From Eledone cirrhosa (Eukaryota): a DNA stretch of 64,000 nucleotides. The notes under the pieces are model-generated. The model ran no database searches. It saw only the letters and a program-made list of their open reading frames with translations, and was not told where the DNA came from. Numbering within the stretch: position 1 is the first letter of the stretch; the number at the start of each line of letters is the position of its first letter. Made by a program: the position numbers and the translations under genes. The stretch is from NCBI GenBank assembly GCA_964016885.1, contig OZ024744.1:106578001-106642000 (forward strand). The letters are read 5' to 3'. This document shows, piece by piece, positions 1 through 12,224 of the stretch.

Positions 1-104
1 CACCACCATATATAGCCTGATTGATGATGCGTGATATATATATATAAACGGAAAAAATGAAACGAAATTTCATTTCCCACTCTTATATACTTATATATTC
101 ATAT

Positions 105-570
105 ATATATATGAATGCATATATAGTGTATTTTGCAATACACTGTATGCTTAATTAAAATCATTTTGAAGACCTTACGCTATTGTTTTAAAGTAGCGAC
201 AATGTCACTTACTTCAATTTTCAGCAAACAGGGGAGATAAGCTAACAGAGTTCTGTTTCGTACTTGTTGGTAATTCTAATTTTCAATCTTTGCTGGACCG
301 GCAACCGCTCTGTATAATCAGTTCCTGATTATTACTGGAATTCTATAAGAATCCAGCATTCATAATTTTCGGCAAACAGGAGGAGTAGTGAGCTTTGATA
401 AGTACCAACAAGTATGAAACAGAGCTCTGTCAGCTTATCTCCCCTGTTTGCTGAAAATTGAAGTAAGTGACATTGTCGCTACTTTAAAACAATAGCGTAA
501 GGTCTTCAAAATGCTTTTAATTAAGCATACAGTGTATTGAAAAATACACTATATATACATTCATATATAT
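105..570. repeat. long inverted repeat, arms ~105-272 and 403-570
   Basis: Arms are reverse complements with a few substitutions; flanked by TA tracts. Confidence 0.92.
389..437 (+). ncRNA. degenerate type-I hammerhead ribozyme
   Basis: agct-TTGATAA-gtac.caacaa.gtat-GAAA-CAGAGCTCTG(palindrome)-TC-agct; two core substitutions. Confidence 0.6.
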
Positions 571-601
571 TTCGCTATTTCAGAGCACCAATTCTAATTT
601 T

Positions 602-634
<33 letters not shown>

Positions 635-676
635 ATATATATTCGTGAGTGAATAATTATATATTATAATAACACT

Positions 677-1135
677 TGAACCTCTCTAAGACAATGACAA
701 AAGATCAAGATCTTTGGCGCTATGCAGTAATACAGAGGTCTCGACTTCCCTTGCGCACGGACTTAAACTTATACTCTGTAGGCACCTCTTAATCCAATAT
801 ACCAGCCATACACCCTACACCACCCTCCCACTTCTGTTGACACCACCCTTTCTCTGTAAAGTTATATTGGTACCACAAAACATCCAGCCCACACTCTAAA
901 GTGGTCATGTATGTCTCATGACAAAAAGCACCCAGCCCACACTGTAAAGTGGTCATGTAGGAGACATAGCAAAAAGCACCCAGCACACACTGTGGTTGGT
1001 GTTAGGAAGGGCATCCAGCCAGAAACAGTCCTATATGAGCGAGACACAGTCACCCAACCTGACTTGCCTCAAATGGGACAAACTCATCTAACCCATGCTA
1101 GCATGGAAAATAGACTTTAAACGATGATGATGATG
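677..1135 (+). mobile_element. RTE 3' end/3'UTR remnant (similar remnants ~5675-5935, 13268-13455, 51210-51335, 52540-52690, 58688-58855)
   Basis: Homology to the 3' ends of the larger RTE copies. Confidence 0.75.
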
Positions 1136-1140
1136 TGTGT

Positions 1141-1175
1141 GCTTGTCATGTTTCTGCACCCTTCGTCAGCACATC
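1141..1175 (-). ncRNA. degenerate minimal hammerhead at the Penelope-like 3' end
   Basis: CTGACGA-agggtgca-GAAA-CATG-AC; cleavage triplet and stems decayed. Confidence 0.5.
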
Positions 1176-2430
1176 TAATCTTATAGACTACATTTCAGGG
1201 GTTTTCCTTATTGCATGTCCTACTGATCAGTGATTTTATGTAACTTTCTGGCTTTTCTTCTATTTTAAGTCTTAGATTCAGTTTATCTAAGGCTTTTCTA
1301 AAAAAAAATACGTTATAAACATAGAGTCAACAAACAAGAGACTGGTATTTTTGATTGTCATACCATCTTCATATGCTATTCCATGATTTGATCCTGTATA
1401 GCAAGCAAATTCCATTCATGTCATTCTCTATGTTGGTCTTGAATTTTGTCATGGCTCCTTTGTACATCCTGAGTCTGTCTCTTTGACTGTATCCAGAGAA
1501 ATGCATGCAGTGGATGGAATGTTGTATATGTCTCTTATGGTATGACATGGCATTTCTTAGTTCCATTGGTGTATGTTTGGGACTTCTCAAGTATATGCCA
1601 TTTTATGTGGGACTCCTTTATCATTTAACTGCCAGACTCTTTTTGCTAAGGCCATACTGGTCTTCATGTCAGCATGCCTAAATGAGTGGAGATGCAAGTA
1701 GAATCGTTGTTTAAAACAATCTTACCATACCCACATATCTTTCACTGTTCTCTGTATTGTCTGTAGTGGTGTGTATAATATGTGTAGTGGTGTCTTATAT
1801 ATACAATAGATTTTATATTACACTTCTGTTGCAAGGGGCAATCTTCCTTAATCCTACAAGAGCATCCTGTATTTACATCAAGTTTGTTCTCCACAATCAA
1901 TTTTGATCTCATAGCTAAGCCATAGGAATAGGGTATCTTTATGGAACTCCAGTTGACTATTTTACTTTACCTATGTTGTTGGGAGAGTGTTTCTAAATTA
2001 GATCTAAGAACTTCTTACCTACATTTGTTATAATGTTAAGAGAATATGTTAGGGACAAACCCGATAATTTTCTATTTCTGTTATTATTCCTAGTCTGGGT
2101 GCAATGGGGTTGATAGGATGTGTACTTAATCTTGTCTTTGAAGCCACTATCTAGGAGGGCCTTGTTGTACTATGGTGCAGCCTTATCAAATATCTCCTTA
2201 GATGCTGATATGTTTAAGACCCTACAACTGGTTTTAGAGACTAGGTTTTTTAAACTGTGGGTGTGATGAGTGGGTAGGATCCTCTGTTAATATATTTCAA
2301 TTTTTCATTAGATTTCTGGTATAGCTTCAGTTTATCTATATTTTCAACATTTATACAGTAATATTATAGATTTAGTTAAAGTATAAACATGATAATATTA
2401 ATAACAAACTGATGTTGGGTTATTATTTAA
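1141..2430 (-). mobile_element. decayed Penelope-like retroelement (RT thumb/linker + Cys motif + GIY-YIG endonuclease), 5'-truncated
   Basis: Minus-strand manual translation with stops/frameshifts: KLYQKSNEKLKYINRGS..., EIFDKAAP*YNKALLDSGF, TNVGKKFLDLI*KHSP, CSCRIKEDCPLQQKCNIKSIVY, RYVGM..FKQRFYLH, IKWHILEK; degenerate hammerhead at its 3' end. Confidence 0.85.
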
Positions 2431-2437
2431 TGAGTAA

Positions 2438-2624
2438 GGGCGGTGGATTGGCAGTATCGGTAGAGGGTTGGACGCCATGCTTTCCAGCATAGTTACGTCC
2501 CTTTACGATCTGAGTTCAAATCCTGCCGAGGTTGACTTTGCCTTTTATCCTTACGGGGTTGATAAAATAAAGTACCAGTAATGCACTGGGATAATTGCTG
2601 GCCTTGTGCCTAAAGTAGAAACAA
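2438..2624 (+). mobile_element. tRNA-derived SINE family A, with 15-bp TSD
   Basis: A/B-box-like head (tggcagtatcgg, gagttcaaatcc), body gactttgccttt..ggggt.gataaaataaagtaccag, TSD ttatttaatgagtaa. Confidence 0.88.
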
Positions 2625-4269
2625 TTATTTAATGAGTAATGAACATTGACAGATGTAAGCAAGAAAGGTCTATTCCTAAATTCCAGTCATATTGCAATGC
2701 AAGCGGGGAAAAGTTGCTGCTAACCAGTTCAATACCAAGTCTGCAGTAAATGAACAGTCAATAGTTCATCCTTTCTAATCTCACAGGTAATTTTCCCCCT
2801 CAAAACTATTGTTATTAGAACCAATAAGGTGTTTTTACCACTCGTCCTTTGCATGAAGTTAATTGGTTCTTTGATATACCTGTTCATTGTCAGGAGTCAA
2901 TGTGACTTATCTTGGATGACCTCAGTTTAGTGGTTGAGCTACTCGAAAGGGACTGTCCATGTTGAGATGGACTAGCTTCAATCTATCAATGGAAACCATG
3001 TCTTCCAATCAAGAGTTGAAATGATGTCTCCTGGATGAATCACTTCATATGGTTCATCATACAGTGACTAAAAGGGTTTATGCTGTGCATCATGACAAAG
3101 GAACACAGACTTTGCTTTTTGAAAATCATGTGGAATAGAGAACTTTGGTGTACAGTGTGTTGACATTGGGGCTGGACACTTAAATGGGCAGCCAGCAGTT
3201 CCCTGTTGAAAGCACAACATTTCTGTTCTGTTGAAGAAAGATTGAGGTTGTCACTGACCATTGATGTATTGTTCCAAAACACCACCAACAGCTGTATCAG
3301 AGGCATCCACTGTGTGTACAGTTTATTCTGACATACGAGGATGGGAAACTATGGTTACTTTAGCAAGAGCTTCTTTTGTGGATTCAAAGGCTGAGGTCAT
3401 TGCACTGCTCCACTCCACAAGTTTTTAAAAACTTTTTTCTGATAGTGCTTTCTACAGCAGTCTCATCAATCTTGCCACAGAGAGAATGAAACAATGATAA
3501 CAATTTACCATACCTACAAATTGGTGTAGAGCCTCGCTTGTGGTGGAGTGAGGAAAGGATAAGTTAGCTTTCCCCTTTTCCCCTTCCAGTACCTATGATT
3601 TGATGTCTGAGAAAGTCAGTTTCTTTAACATCAAAGACAAACTTGGCAGGGTTAACTACCAAACCATATTGTTCAAGCCTATCAAAAAGAACCAACAGGT
3701 ACTTCTTGTGGTATTCTCCACACTTTGACTTGCAATAAGGATGTCATCCTGGTATACAAAATCAAAGTTTAGACCTTTAGTGAATTGGTCACAGGGTTAT
3801 TTACTTTGGTAAACACCACTGCAGGCCAACCACTAATTTAATTTGATACAGATATAATAAGGTTAACCAACTCACTCGTGAGTCAACTGTCTGAGAGCCG
3901 GTCGCCAAATAAACCAAGATGTCTCTTTTCTCCCTCCTTTATAATCCCTAGACCAGAAGTTCAAGGAATCTTCTAGAATTCAACGGGAAGTAACTCCAAT
4001 TAGTTTTTTCTCCCCGGGCAAGGTGGCGCTAGTCGCTACAAGGCTCCCCTCCAGACGCTAGTTGATAATAACCGTAAGGTCATTGTAGCGAGGAGCCGTA
4101 GAATAAGGAGCAAGCAAAACAAAAGGTACATAAATTACAATGGTTTGTAACAGAAGCAAAGTATGACAATAAACATGCAGAAAAATGTAACTGGAACAAT
4201 ACAATTCAAAACAGTACAAGGGAGCAAGGAAAATAGTGCTCAAAATAAATTCAAAATTTTTCAAAGTCA

Positions 4270-4603
4270 AATAGTCTGGTCTTTGATATCCTGTAGTTGT
4301 TGTTGCAGTTTCTGTATATCCCTGGATAAATCTCTAGAGCCATTGTTCATGACACCAATTGGTTGCGGAATTGGTGGGGGGTTGCCACCACAACAAACAA
4401 TGAAAGGAACAGTTTTCTCGATCTGTGTTCTACACTGGACACATTTCTTCATTAAGGCGGCACAGCCATCACAAGCACACATGTGACCATAGGGTTTGAA
4501 AAGGATGGAAGCCTTTTTGTCAGAGCAAACCACACATTCTTCAATCTTTGTACGAGACTGTACTGGTTCTTGAACACAAAGAACAGGTTGCAATGTGGAC
4601 ACA
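4270..4603 (-). pseudogene. MIB1: captured mind bomb E3 ligase (MIB1-like) C-terminal RING fragment
   Basis: [11 protein letters not shown] / [48 protein letters not shown]...[16 protein letters not shown] closely matches the MIB1 RING1-RING2-coiled coil; has a frameshifting deletion and a Cys>Tyr change at a Zn ligand. Confidence 0.9.
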
Positions 4604-4687
4604 TCGAATTAAATTAGTGGTTGTATCGAATTAAATTAGTGGTTGGCCTGCAGTGGTGTTTACCAAAGTAAATAACCCTGTGACATA

Positions 4688-4705
4688 ATCACGTCGGGGT
4701 CACCA
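4688..4705 (-). other. primer-binding site complementary to tRNA-Trp 3' end
   Basis: TGGTGACCCCGACGTGAT on the minus strand, 1 nt after the LTR end; matches the metazoan tRNA-Trp(CCA) 3' 18 nt from memory. Confidence 0.85.
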
Positions 4706-6252
4706 CTTTAGTGAATTGGTCACAAGGTGGCGCTAGTCGCTACAGACCCATGCTCACAGTCTCCATCAAGTTGAAAGGACTGTGCTGTGTTTATTAACCT
4801 GAAAGGTGTACATAAAAATTCATATAGTCCCAAGGGAGTGATAACAGCAGTCTTGGGAATATCGTCATCTTGTACAGGTATTTGTTGATAACCTTGGATG
4901 AGGTTGATTTTTGAGAAAATTGAGCAACCAGCTAACTGATCTGAGAAATCTTGTAAATGTGGAATGGTATACTGCTTGTGTTGATATGGCGATAATCCCT
5001 GCAAGGTCGCCAACCTCCATTGTGTTTTTGGTACCATACTTAGAGGTGAGGTGACGACCAGGAACTGTTTGATTGATAAATGATGCCGAAAGCTTCCATT
5101 TTGTCAATCTCAGCCTTCACACTGACAAATTTGTCCAATGGTAGATGATGCATGCAGCTGTGTACTGGAGGGATGGTGGGTAGAATGTGATGTTTTACTC
5201 TGTGGAGAGTTGTGGGTTGAGAGAATGCCAGGAAGAGAGAATGCAGTATCCATACACCTTGATTGTAGAACCTTTGGTGGCTGCCAAAGTTTGACCATGC
5301 TCTCACCAATGCTGGGATGATGTTCACTTTTGCTCATGTGTCACTTAGGATGTTTTATCTAGAGGTTCGATGGTGGATATACAGGAGCAATTGATTATGT
5401 TTGCTGGGCACCAGGGTTTTTAACAGTGGCTGGCCCTGGAGTTTCCTGGTATCAATAATGAGGAACTCTTGAAGTTGTTTATATCTGGTAGCTCTTATCT
5501 TACTCCGAACTTCTTGTGATAGAACACAAATCATCCCATGTGACCTCACCATGGCTTGTGGCTGACCTCATGGCATTGATTATAACACCTGTAAACAAAA
5601 ACATGTTTGTCTGATGCTAACTCCCATAAGTCCTTCATCTCAGTTTGAGTTACTAGAGCATACACCCAGTGAAGCCTTCAGCCCACACTGGAAAGTGGTC
5701 GTGTAGTTGTCATGACAAAAAGCACCCAGTCCACACTGTAAAGTGGTCATGTAAGTGTCACGACAAAAAAGCACCCAGTACTCACTGTTAACGTGCTTGG
5801 CATTAGGAAGGGTATCCACCTGTAGAAACCAAGCCAAAAATGGTTCTGTACAAACAAGATTTGGTCACCTGACCTGACATTGCTCATAACAGGATAACTC
5901 ATTTTGCAGCGTGGATAAATGGATGTGAAACAGAGATCATCACCATTTAACGTCTATTTTTTTCACTCTTGCATGGGTTAGATGGGTTGTCCATATTATG
6001 AGACATGTTTGGCCAGCCCATTGCCATCTTCAGGATGACCTCCATTACCAACACAAACAGTATAGTTGAGATTATACAGCCCATTGCTATGTCAACCTTG
6101 AAATTGATCCAGACTATTATGTACTCTTTGGTGGAGAATCACATTCTTTTGATGAGTGTTTGTTGAAAAGAATAATGCCCTGATCGAGTTGTTAACAACG
6201 TTTATTTTATAACAACAATATTCACTTTGAACATCGAGTAATAATATTTATG

Positions 6253-6640
6253 ACATGGCTTAGTGGTTAGAGCATTGGGTTTGTAATCGAAAGGTTGTGA
6301 GTTCAATTCTCAGACCGGGTGATGTGTTGTTTCCTTGAGCAAGACACTTTATTTCACATTGCTCCAGTATACTCAGCTGTAGAAATGAGATGATAGGACT
6401 GGGGTCCCTATCGTTCCACTGCATAGTGGTCGTGGAGGTGCCATGGCAAAAAAGCACCCAGCCCACACTATAAAGTGGATGTGTAGGTGCCACGAAAAAA
6501 AGCACCCAGCACTCACTGTAAATGAGGTTGGTGTTAGGAAGGGCATCCAACTGTAGAATTCAAGCCAGAATCAGTTCCCGTCCCACCCTTGCAAGTAGGG
6601 AAAAAGCAGACGTAAAATGAAATGATGATGATGATGATGA
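6253..6640 (+). mobile_element. tRNA-derived SINE family B with RTE-like tail and (GAT)n end
   Basis: A box tggcttagtgg, B box gagttcaattc, ccttgagcaagacacttt body, ggtgttaggaagggcatcc tail. Confidence 0.88.
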
Positions 6641-7665
6641 ATTATCCCTACATTATTTAGTTGACTAACTTCTACGAGTTAGAAGCTGTGTTGTATCTTA
6701 TAGATACAATATGTCAGGAAGAATAGAATGAGCGTCGAATGTAAACAAATAAAACTTACTATATGTGTGTGTATGTGTGTGTGTGTTCTTAAGGACTGCT
6801 ACTTCATGTCTGACTGAGGCCGATAGGGTGAGAGCCAGTAAGGGCCAGGAAAGAGAAAGGGTAAAAGTCTGCTGATGCCTACATGATTATCTCTCACTGA
6901 CTACTGTTTCGGGTCTGTCTGTAGCCAAGAAGGTGACAACCAGTAAGGGCCAGGAGAGAGAGAGTAAAAGGTCTGCTACATCGTGAACCTTACCACGGGG
7001 ACTGCTCGCTTTGGTCTCTCTGACCTATTTAGATACCTTAACTTCTTGTATTTATAATAGTGCTATAGTTAGAAGGGTGTGTATATGAGGTTGATTTACG
7101 ATCAGCCATGTGGATATTGTCTCCCAGGAAGCTGGGATCAGAGGTCAAGTGGAATGTACGTGTATCACCGCTGTCTTGACACGACAATGTTGGGAACTTT
7201 CCAATAATGGGCGGTCCCAGAGACGAGAAACCTCAGATTCGGTTTCGAATCTTCGCCAGTAAAATATAGTATTTCGTTATACTATGAAGGGTCTTTGGAG
7301 TAACATTACTCGATAAAGTGCGTAGCTTGTAGATCAGAGTCACTCCAGGTAGAACTGCTACTCCTCCGAATTGAGAGATCACAGCTCCAATAATCTAATC
7401 AGCTGTGTACCTCTGAGAATTCTATGTATTCTCAGCAGTTCCAACAGGTAACAGTAACGAGGAGATATACAGTCTTGAAACTATTGTCGACTATTTTCTC
7501 TCTGCAACCGCTGGAAAAGGATGACGTCAGTCAACTAGAAAAAAACATATGGTGTTATGAGGCTTTTCTTGCAAACGAACCGAATATTAATATTATATTA
7601 TTATTATCACGAATACATACTACACACAAACACATACATTTATATATATATATATATATATTTTA

Positions 7666-7716
<51 letters not shown>

Positions 7717-7935
7717 AAAGTTAAACAAGGTTCAATGAATAAATCAAAGAATGAGTTTTACAATAGATTGGAAGCACTCAACAGTTACGGTTTTCCAGAG
7801 TTATTAATATTAATTCAAAATATTAACAAAATATACTTGATCACAAGAATATCTATTTTGTTAATATTTTGAATTAATATATATATATAAATGAAAGGTA
7901 TAGAAAGTATTGTAGCAAGAAGCCAACAGTATTTC

Positions 7936-8068
<133 letters not shown>

Positions 8069-8094
8069 GACCAATTACATTCACACAGGTACAT

Positions 8095-8280
8095 CATTTC
8101 ATCCACTTAACATAAATGCTGAACGTTAGGTTTCGGGGTCCAGATATGGCTATCACTGTAGAGAGGAGGAGTCGTTCTAAAACTGGTCTCTCTCGTCAGG
8201 TGCAAGGACAAACTTACTCCACTCTACAGTGGTGGTCATAACTGGACCCCCGAGTCGAGAGTATATGTTAAATGTATGAA
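8095..8280. repeat. diverged inverted repeat (MITE-like hairpin)
   Basis: ggggtccagatatggctatcactgtagag vs ctctacagtggtggtcataactggacccc, plus weaker outer pairing. Confidence 0.6.
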
Positions 8281-8780
8281 CACTAATGAAAGCTAAATAA
8301 GGACTCTTGTACTGAACTGATCATTTTCCCCTCGTCTTTTTATCTACGGATATTCTGCATATATATATTATACAGTTATATATATATATATATATATAAA
8401 TACCGACGATGATGAGAAAAAAAAACATAGTGATAGATAGGTATGGTTGTGACTGGATTGTAAAGCTAATCTTTTTATGTAATCGATGGACGAGCCAACG
8501 TCTACATGGTCAGTTGACCTGCTAGAAATAGCAGCCAAATTGATGTTACTCATACCACTAAAACATTTTATTTTTCAGTTTTAATTAAATTAAAGGAAGA
8601 AAACATTGGACAAAGACCTAGATATACAAAAACGATAGAATGGTCACTGTTGGAATGTTTTTGAGGTTCGGCCTGTTAAATGCTGACTAATCTCGATCTA
8701 TAAACTCTAATTTCATGAAACTCATTGTCATATGACTAGGGACTATTTTTCCAGTTGTTGTTAGAAACACTCATTCTCTT

Positions 8781-9170
8781 CCTTGTTACTTCCCACTCTT
8801 ATCTTTTATTCCTTCTCTCCCTTGTTGCTCCCCACTCTTATCTTTTACTCCTTCTCTCCCTTGTTGCTCCCCACTCTTATCTTTTACTCCTTCTCTTCCT
8901 TGTTGCTCCCCACTCTTATCTTTTATTCCTTCTCTCCCTTGTTGCTCCCCACTCTTATCTTTTACTCCTTCTCTTCCTTGTTGCTCACCACTCTTATCTT
9001 TTATTCCTTCTCTCCTTTGTTGCTCCCCACTCTTATCTTTTACTCCTTCTCTTCCTTGCTGCCCCCCCCATTCACTTCTTTTACTCCTTCTCTTCTTTGC
9101 TGCTCCCCCCCACTCACTTCTTTTACTCCTTCTCTTCCTTGCCCCCCCATTCACTTCTTTTACTCCTCTC
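8781..9170. repeat. 39-bp pyrimidine-rich minisatellite, ~10 units decaying 3'
   Basis: Unit ccttgttgctccccactcttatcttttactccttctctc. Confidence 0.93.
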
Positions 9171-9454
9171 TTCTACATCCCTCTCCCCTTCACTATATTT
9201 TATTTATATTGCTTGAAGCTGATTAAAATAAAATAACATTCTCTTAATATATGTATGTGTTTACATTCTCGCATATGTCTCTCTCTCTCCCCCTTCTCTC
9301 TCTCTATATATATTATTTATTTATATATATATATATACTTATACATTACATAAATATATAATCTCTCCCCCTCTCTCTCTCTATATATATATATAGAGAT
9401 AGATAGATAGAGAGAGAGAAAGAGAGATTATATATTTATATATATATATATATA

Positions 9455-10017
9455 ATTGTTTCTACTTTTAGCACAAGGCCAGCAATAACCTAGTGTATTA
9501 CTGGTACTTTATTCTATCGACCCCGTAAGGATGAAAGGCAAAGTTAACCTCGGCGGGATTTGAACTATATATAATGTTTACATCCGTGAGAAAATAAATA
9601 AATAAATAAAGACAAGAACTACTACAGCTGCAACGATAACAATATGTGGCAACCATATTACATATCATCATCATCATAATAATTTACATTCGCAGTTGAA
9701 ATCACGTCGAGGTCAACTCACGATCTTCCGGGATCGATAAAATAAAATACCAGTCAAGTACTGAGATCAATATAATTGATTTGCGCCTTCCTCTCAAATT
9801 GCTGGCCTTGTGCCTAAAGTAGAAATTATTTTTATTACTATATATTATTATATTATCAAGGGGCGGTGGATTGGCAGTATCGGTAGAGAGTCGGACGCCA
9901 TTCTTTGACGCATAGAGCTCCTGCCATTCTGAGTTCAAATCATCCTTACGGGGTCGATAAAATAAAGTACCAGTAATACACTGAATAATTGCTGGCCTTG
10001 TGCCTAAAATAGAAACA
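9455..10017. mobile_element. cluster of three family-A SINEs upstream of GABARAP (9455-9566 -, ~9705-9830 mixed, 9861-10017 + with 17-bp TSD)
   Basis: Similarity to the 2438 copy; TSD attattatattatcaag at 9844-9860/10018-10034. Confidence 0.82.
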
Positions 10018-10049
10018 ATTATTATATTATCAAGATTGTGTATTATCAT

Positions 10050-10429
10050 ATCATTATATATACCATTGTTGTTGAACCTAGCAAGGTGGTGAAGGGAGAG
10101 GGGGGGATAAAGAGTGCAGTACATTAATCATTATTATTATTACTGTAATTACTATTTATTATATTATAAACATTACTATGTATCATCGTCATATTATTGT
10201 TTACTGTTGCTGTTGTTGTTGTTGTTCGAAAGCTGCCAAGTGGGGGATGGTTTGAGGAAGGGGAGGTGAGGAAGGGGAGTGCGTTCTTTGTTGTTGTGTT
10301 GTGGCGTATGAATACAATGTTTACAGCCTGTTGAAAATAGCAGCGGAAGGAGAGAAGCGTCATCACTCCAATAAGTCATCTAAGTCTAAATATTCTTATA
10401 ATTGTGTTTTGGTATAGTGAATGTCTTAA
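10050..10429 (+). promoter_or_regulatory. GABARAP proximal promoter/5'UTR region
   Basis: Locally G-rich; TTGTTTAC (10197-10204) and TGTTTAC (10318-10324) forkhead/FOXO motifs; CRE/ATF-like GCGTCATCA from 10357. TSS cannot be determined from sequence. Confidence 0.5.
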
Positions 10430-10606
<177 letters not shown>

Positions 10607-10715
10607 TGAAAAAAAATCAGCCTAGTCATAACCATTGTTTGTGTATTTGTATATATATATATATTGATGTCTTCCAAACATAATGAAGCAAGAATTATGG
10701 TATGTTTAATGTAAA

Positions 10716-10915
10716 GGCGATGGATTGGCAGAATCGTTAGAGCAACGAGCTAAATACCTTGCGGTATTTAGTTAGAATTCTTTACGTTCTGAGTTCACAT
10801 CCCGCCGAAGTCAGCTTTGTTTTTCAGCGATCAGAGGTCAGTAAAATAAAATATCAGTGAAGTACTGGTTGGGGGGATGGATTGATCCAAATTGTTGGTC
10901 TTGTGCCTAAAAATA
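10716..10915 (+). mobile_element. diverged family-A SINE
   Basis: ggcgatggattggcagaatcgttagagc...gagttcacatcccgccga...ttgtgcctaaaa. Confidence 0.78.
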
Positions 10916-11689
10916 GATATGATCTACCTTTTGTTGAGACGTATATCAGATATGACTGGCTTGGCTGCCATTTCTAGCGCCACAACTGGCTTTTTAGCGA
11001 GTTAATTAGTTAATGGCTTTTATTAATTTTAATATTTAAATCTTTTCGAAGTCTTCCTCATATATTCCCGTTGCCAGCTTTCTTCATCAATATATGTATA
11101 ATAACCAAGATGGAAGGCAGAAGGAACCTGTTCTATACAAATTAAACTTTATATATCCTATCTTTATGGCATTGTAAATAAAGAAATGAAGCTGATATTT
11201 GGAACATACCTTAACAAAGGTTCTTACATTAAATTATGTTTGAAGGTTTTTTTAGTCAAATATAAATTCAGAGTTGTATAAATAACATTACAAATTGTTT
11301 ATAATTCTTTCACAATTAATATATAAACAGGACAACTATTTCGTCAACATTTTTGTTTGCTGTAAATAAATACCATTTTTTTTTTTTGAGTTTTTAAAAT
11401 AACTAAATCGTTTGTCCACCATGTAATTTTGGTATTTTGCTATTTAAAAAATTATTTTAAATGTCCACAAATTTTAGGCTTATTAATCAACAAGCAAATT
11501 TTGTGCAGTAAATTATATAATTGTTTCTACTTTAGGCACAAGGCCAGCAAATACCAGTGCATTACTGGTAAAACTAAAAAGTCAGAAAAAAGATAAACAA
11601 GACAATTAATTACAACAGGAAATGTTGGTGGTTGCCTCTTAATTCGTCCATAAGCCAATAGTCATATTTAAATTAATTTCATTATATAC

Positions 11690-11730
11690 ACATAATATAT
11701 ATAATGTATATATATATATATATTGTGTGT

Positions 11731-11791
<61 letters not shown>

Positions 11792-11896
11792 GTGGATATA
11801 TATATATATATATTGTGTGTGTGTGTATATATATAAATATATATATATATATAAATATATATAAATATATATATATATATAAATATATATAAATAT

Positions 11897-11961
<65 letters not shown>

Positions 11962-11987
11962 GTATATATAAATATAATGCCTCTGTG

Positions 11988-12031
<44 letters not shown>

Positions 12032-12050
12032 GTATATATAAATATAATGC

Positions 12051-12103
<53 letters not shown>

Positions 12104-12192
12104 GTATATATAATGTATATATAAATATAATGCCTCTCTGTATATATATATAAATATATATATATAATGTATATATAAATATAATGCCTCTG

Positions 12193-12224
<32 letters not shown>

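Larger units (their letters stand above)
3776..4744 (-). mobile_element. non-autonomous LTR element (TRIM-like) nested in the Gypsy RT
   Basis: GACC target-site duplication (3772-3775/4745-4748); 3' LTR 3776-4040; internally deleted 5' LTR 4707-4744 with the same termini (TGTAGCGACTAGCGCCACCTTG...TGACCAATTCACTAAA); PBS 4688-4705; PPT GGAGGGGAGCCT 4041-4052. Confidence 0.9.
2690..5620 (-). mobile_element. decayed Ty3/Gypsy LTR retrotransposon pol (RT, RNase H, flanking remnants)
   Basis: Fragments WSSP.MVPK, IPHLQDFS, SIFSKINLIQGYQQIPV..DDIPKTAVITPLGLYEF, FVYQDDILIAS, TEQKCCAFNRELLAA; many frameshifts; ends approximate. Confidence 0.88.

Noticed and set aside
4267-4602. Functional MIB1 exon or gene
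   Set aside because: Sits between PBS and PPT of an LTR element, has a frameshifting deletion and a RING Cys>Tyr change, lacks splice context, and no other MIB1 exons are present.
4688-4705. tRNA-Trp gene
   Set aside because: Only the 3' 18 nt including CCA, adjacent to an LTR: a primer-binding site.
7232-7265. Minus-strand CTGGCGA..GAAA motif
   Set aside because: Core, stem II and cleavage triplet are all defective.
8755-9226. Repetitive ORFs or CRISPR-like array
   Set aside because: Pure 39-bp tandem repeat without unique spacers; eukaryotic context, no cas genes.
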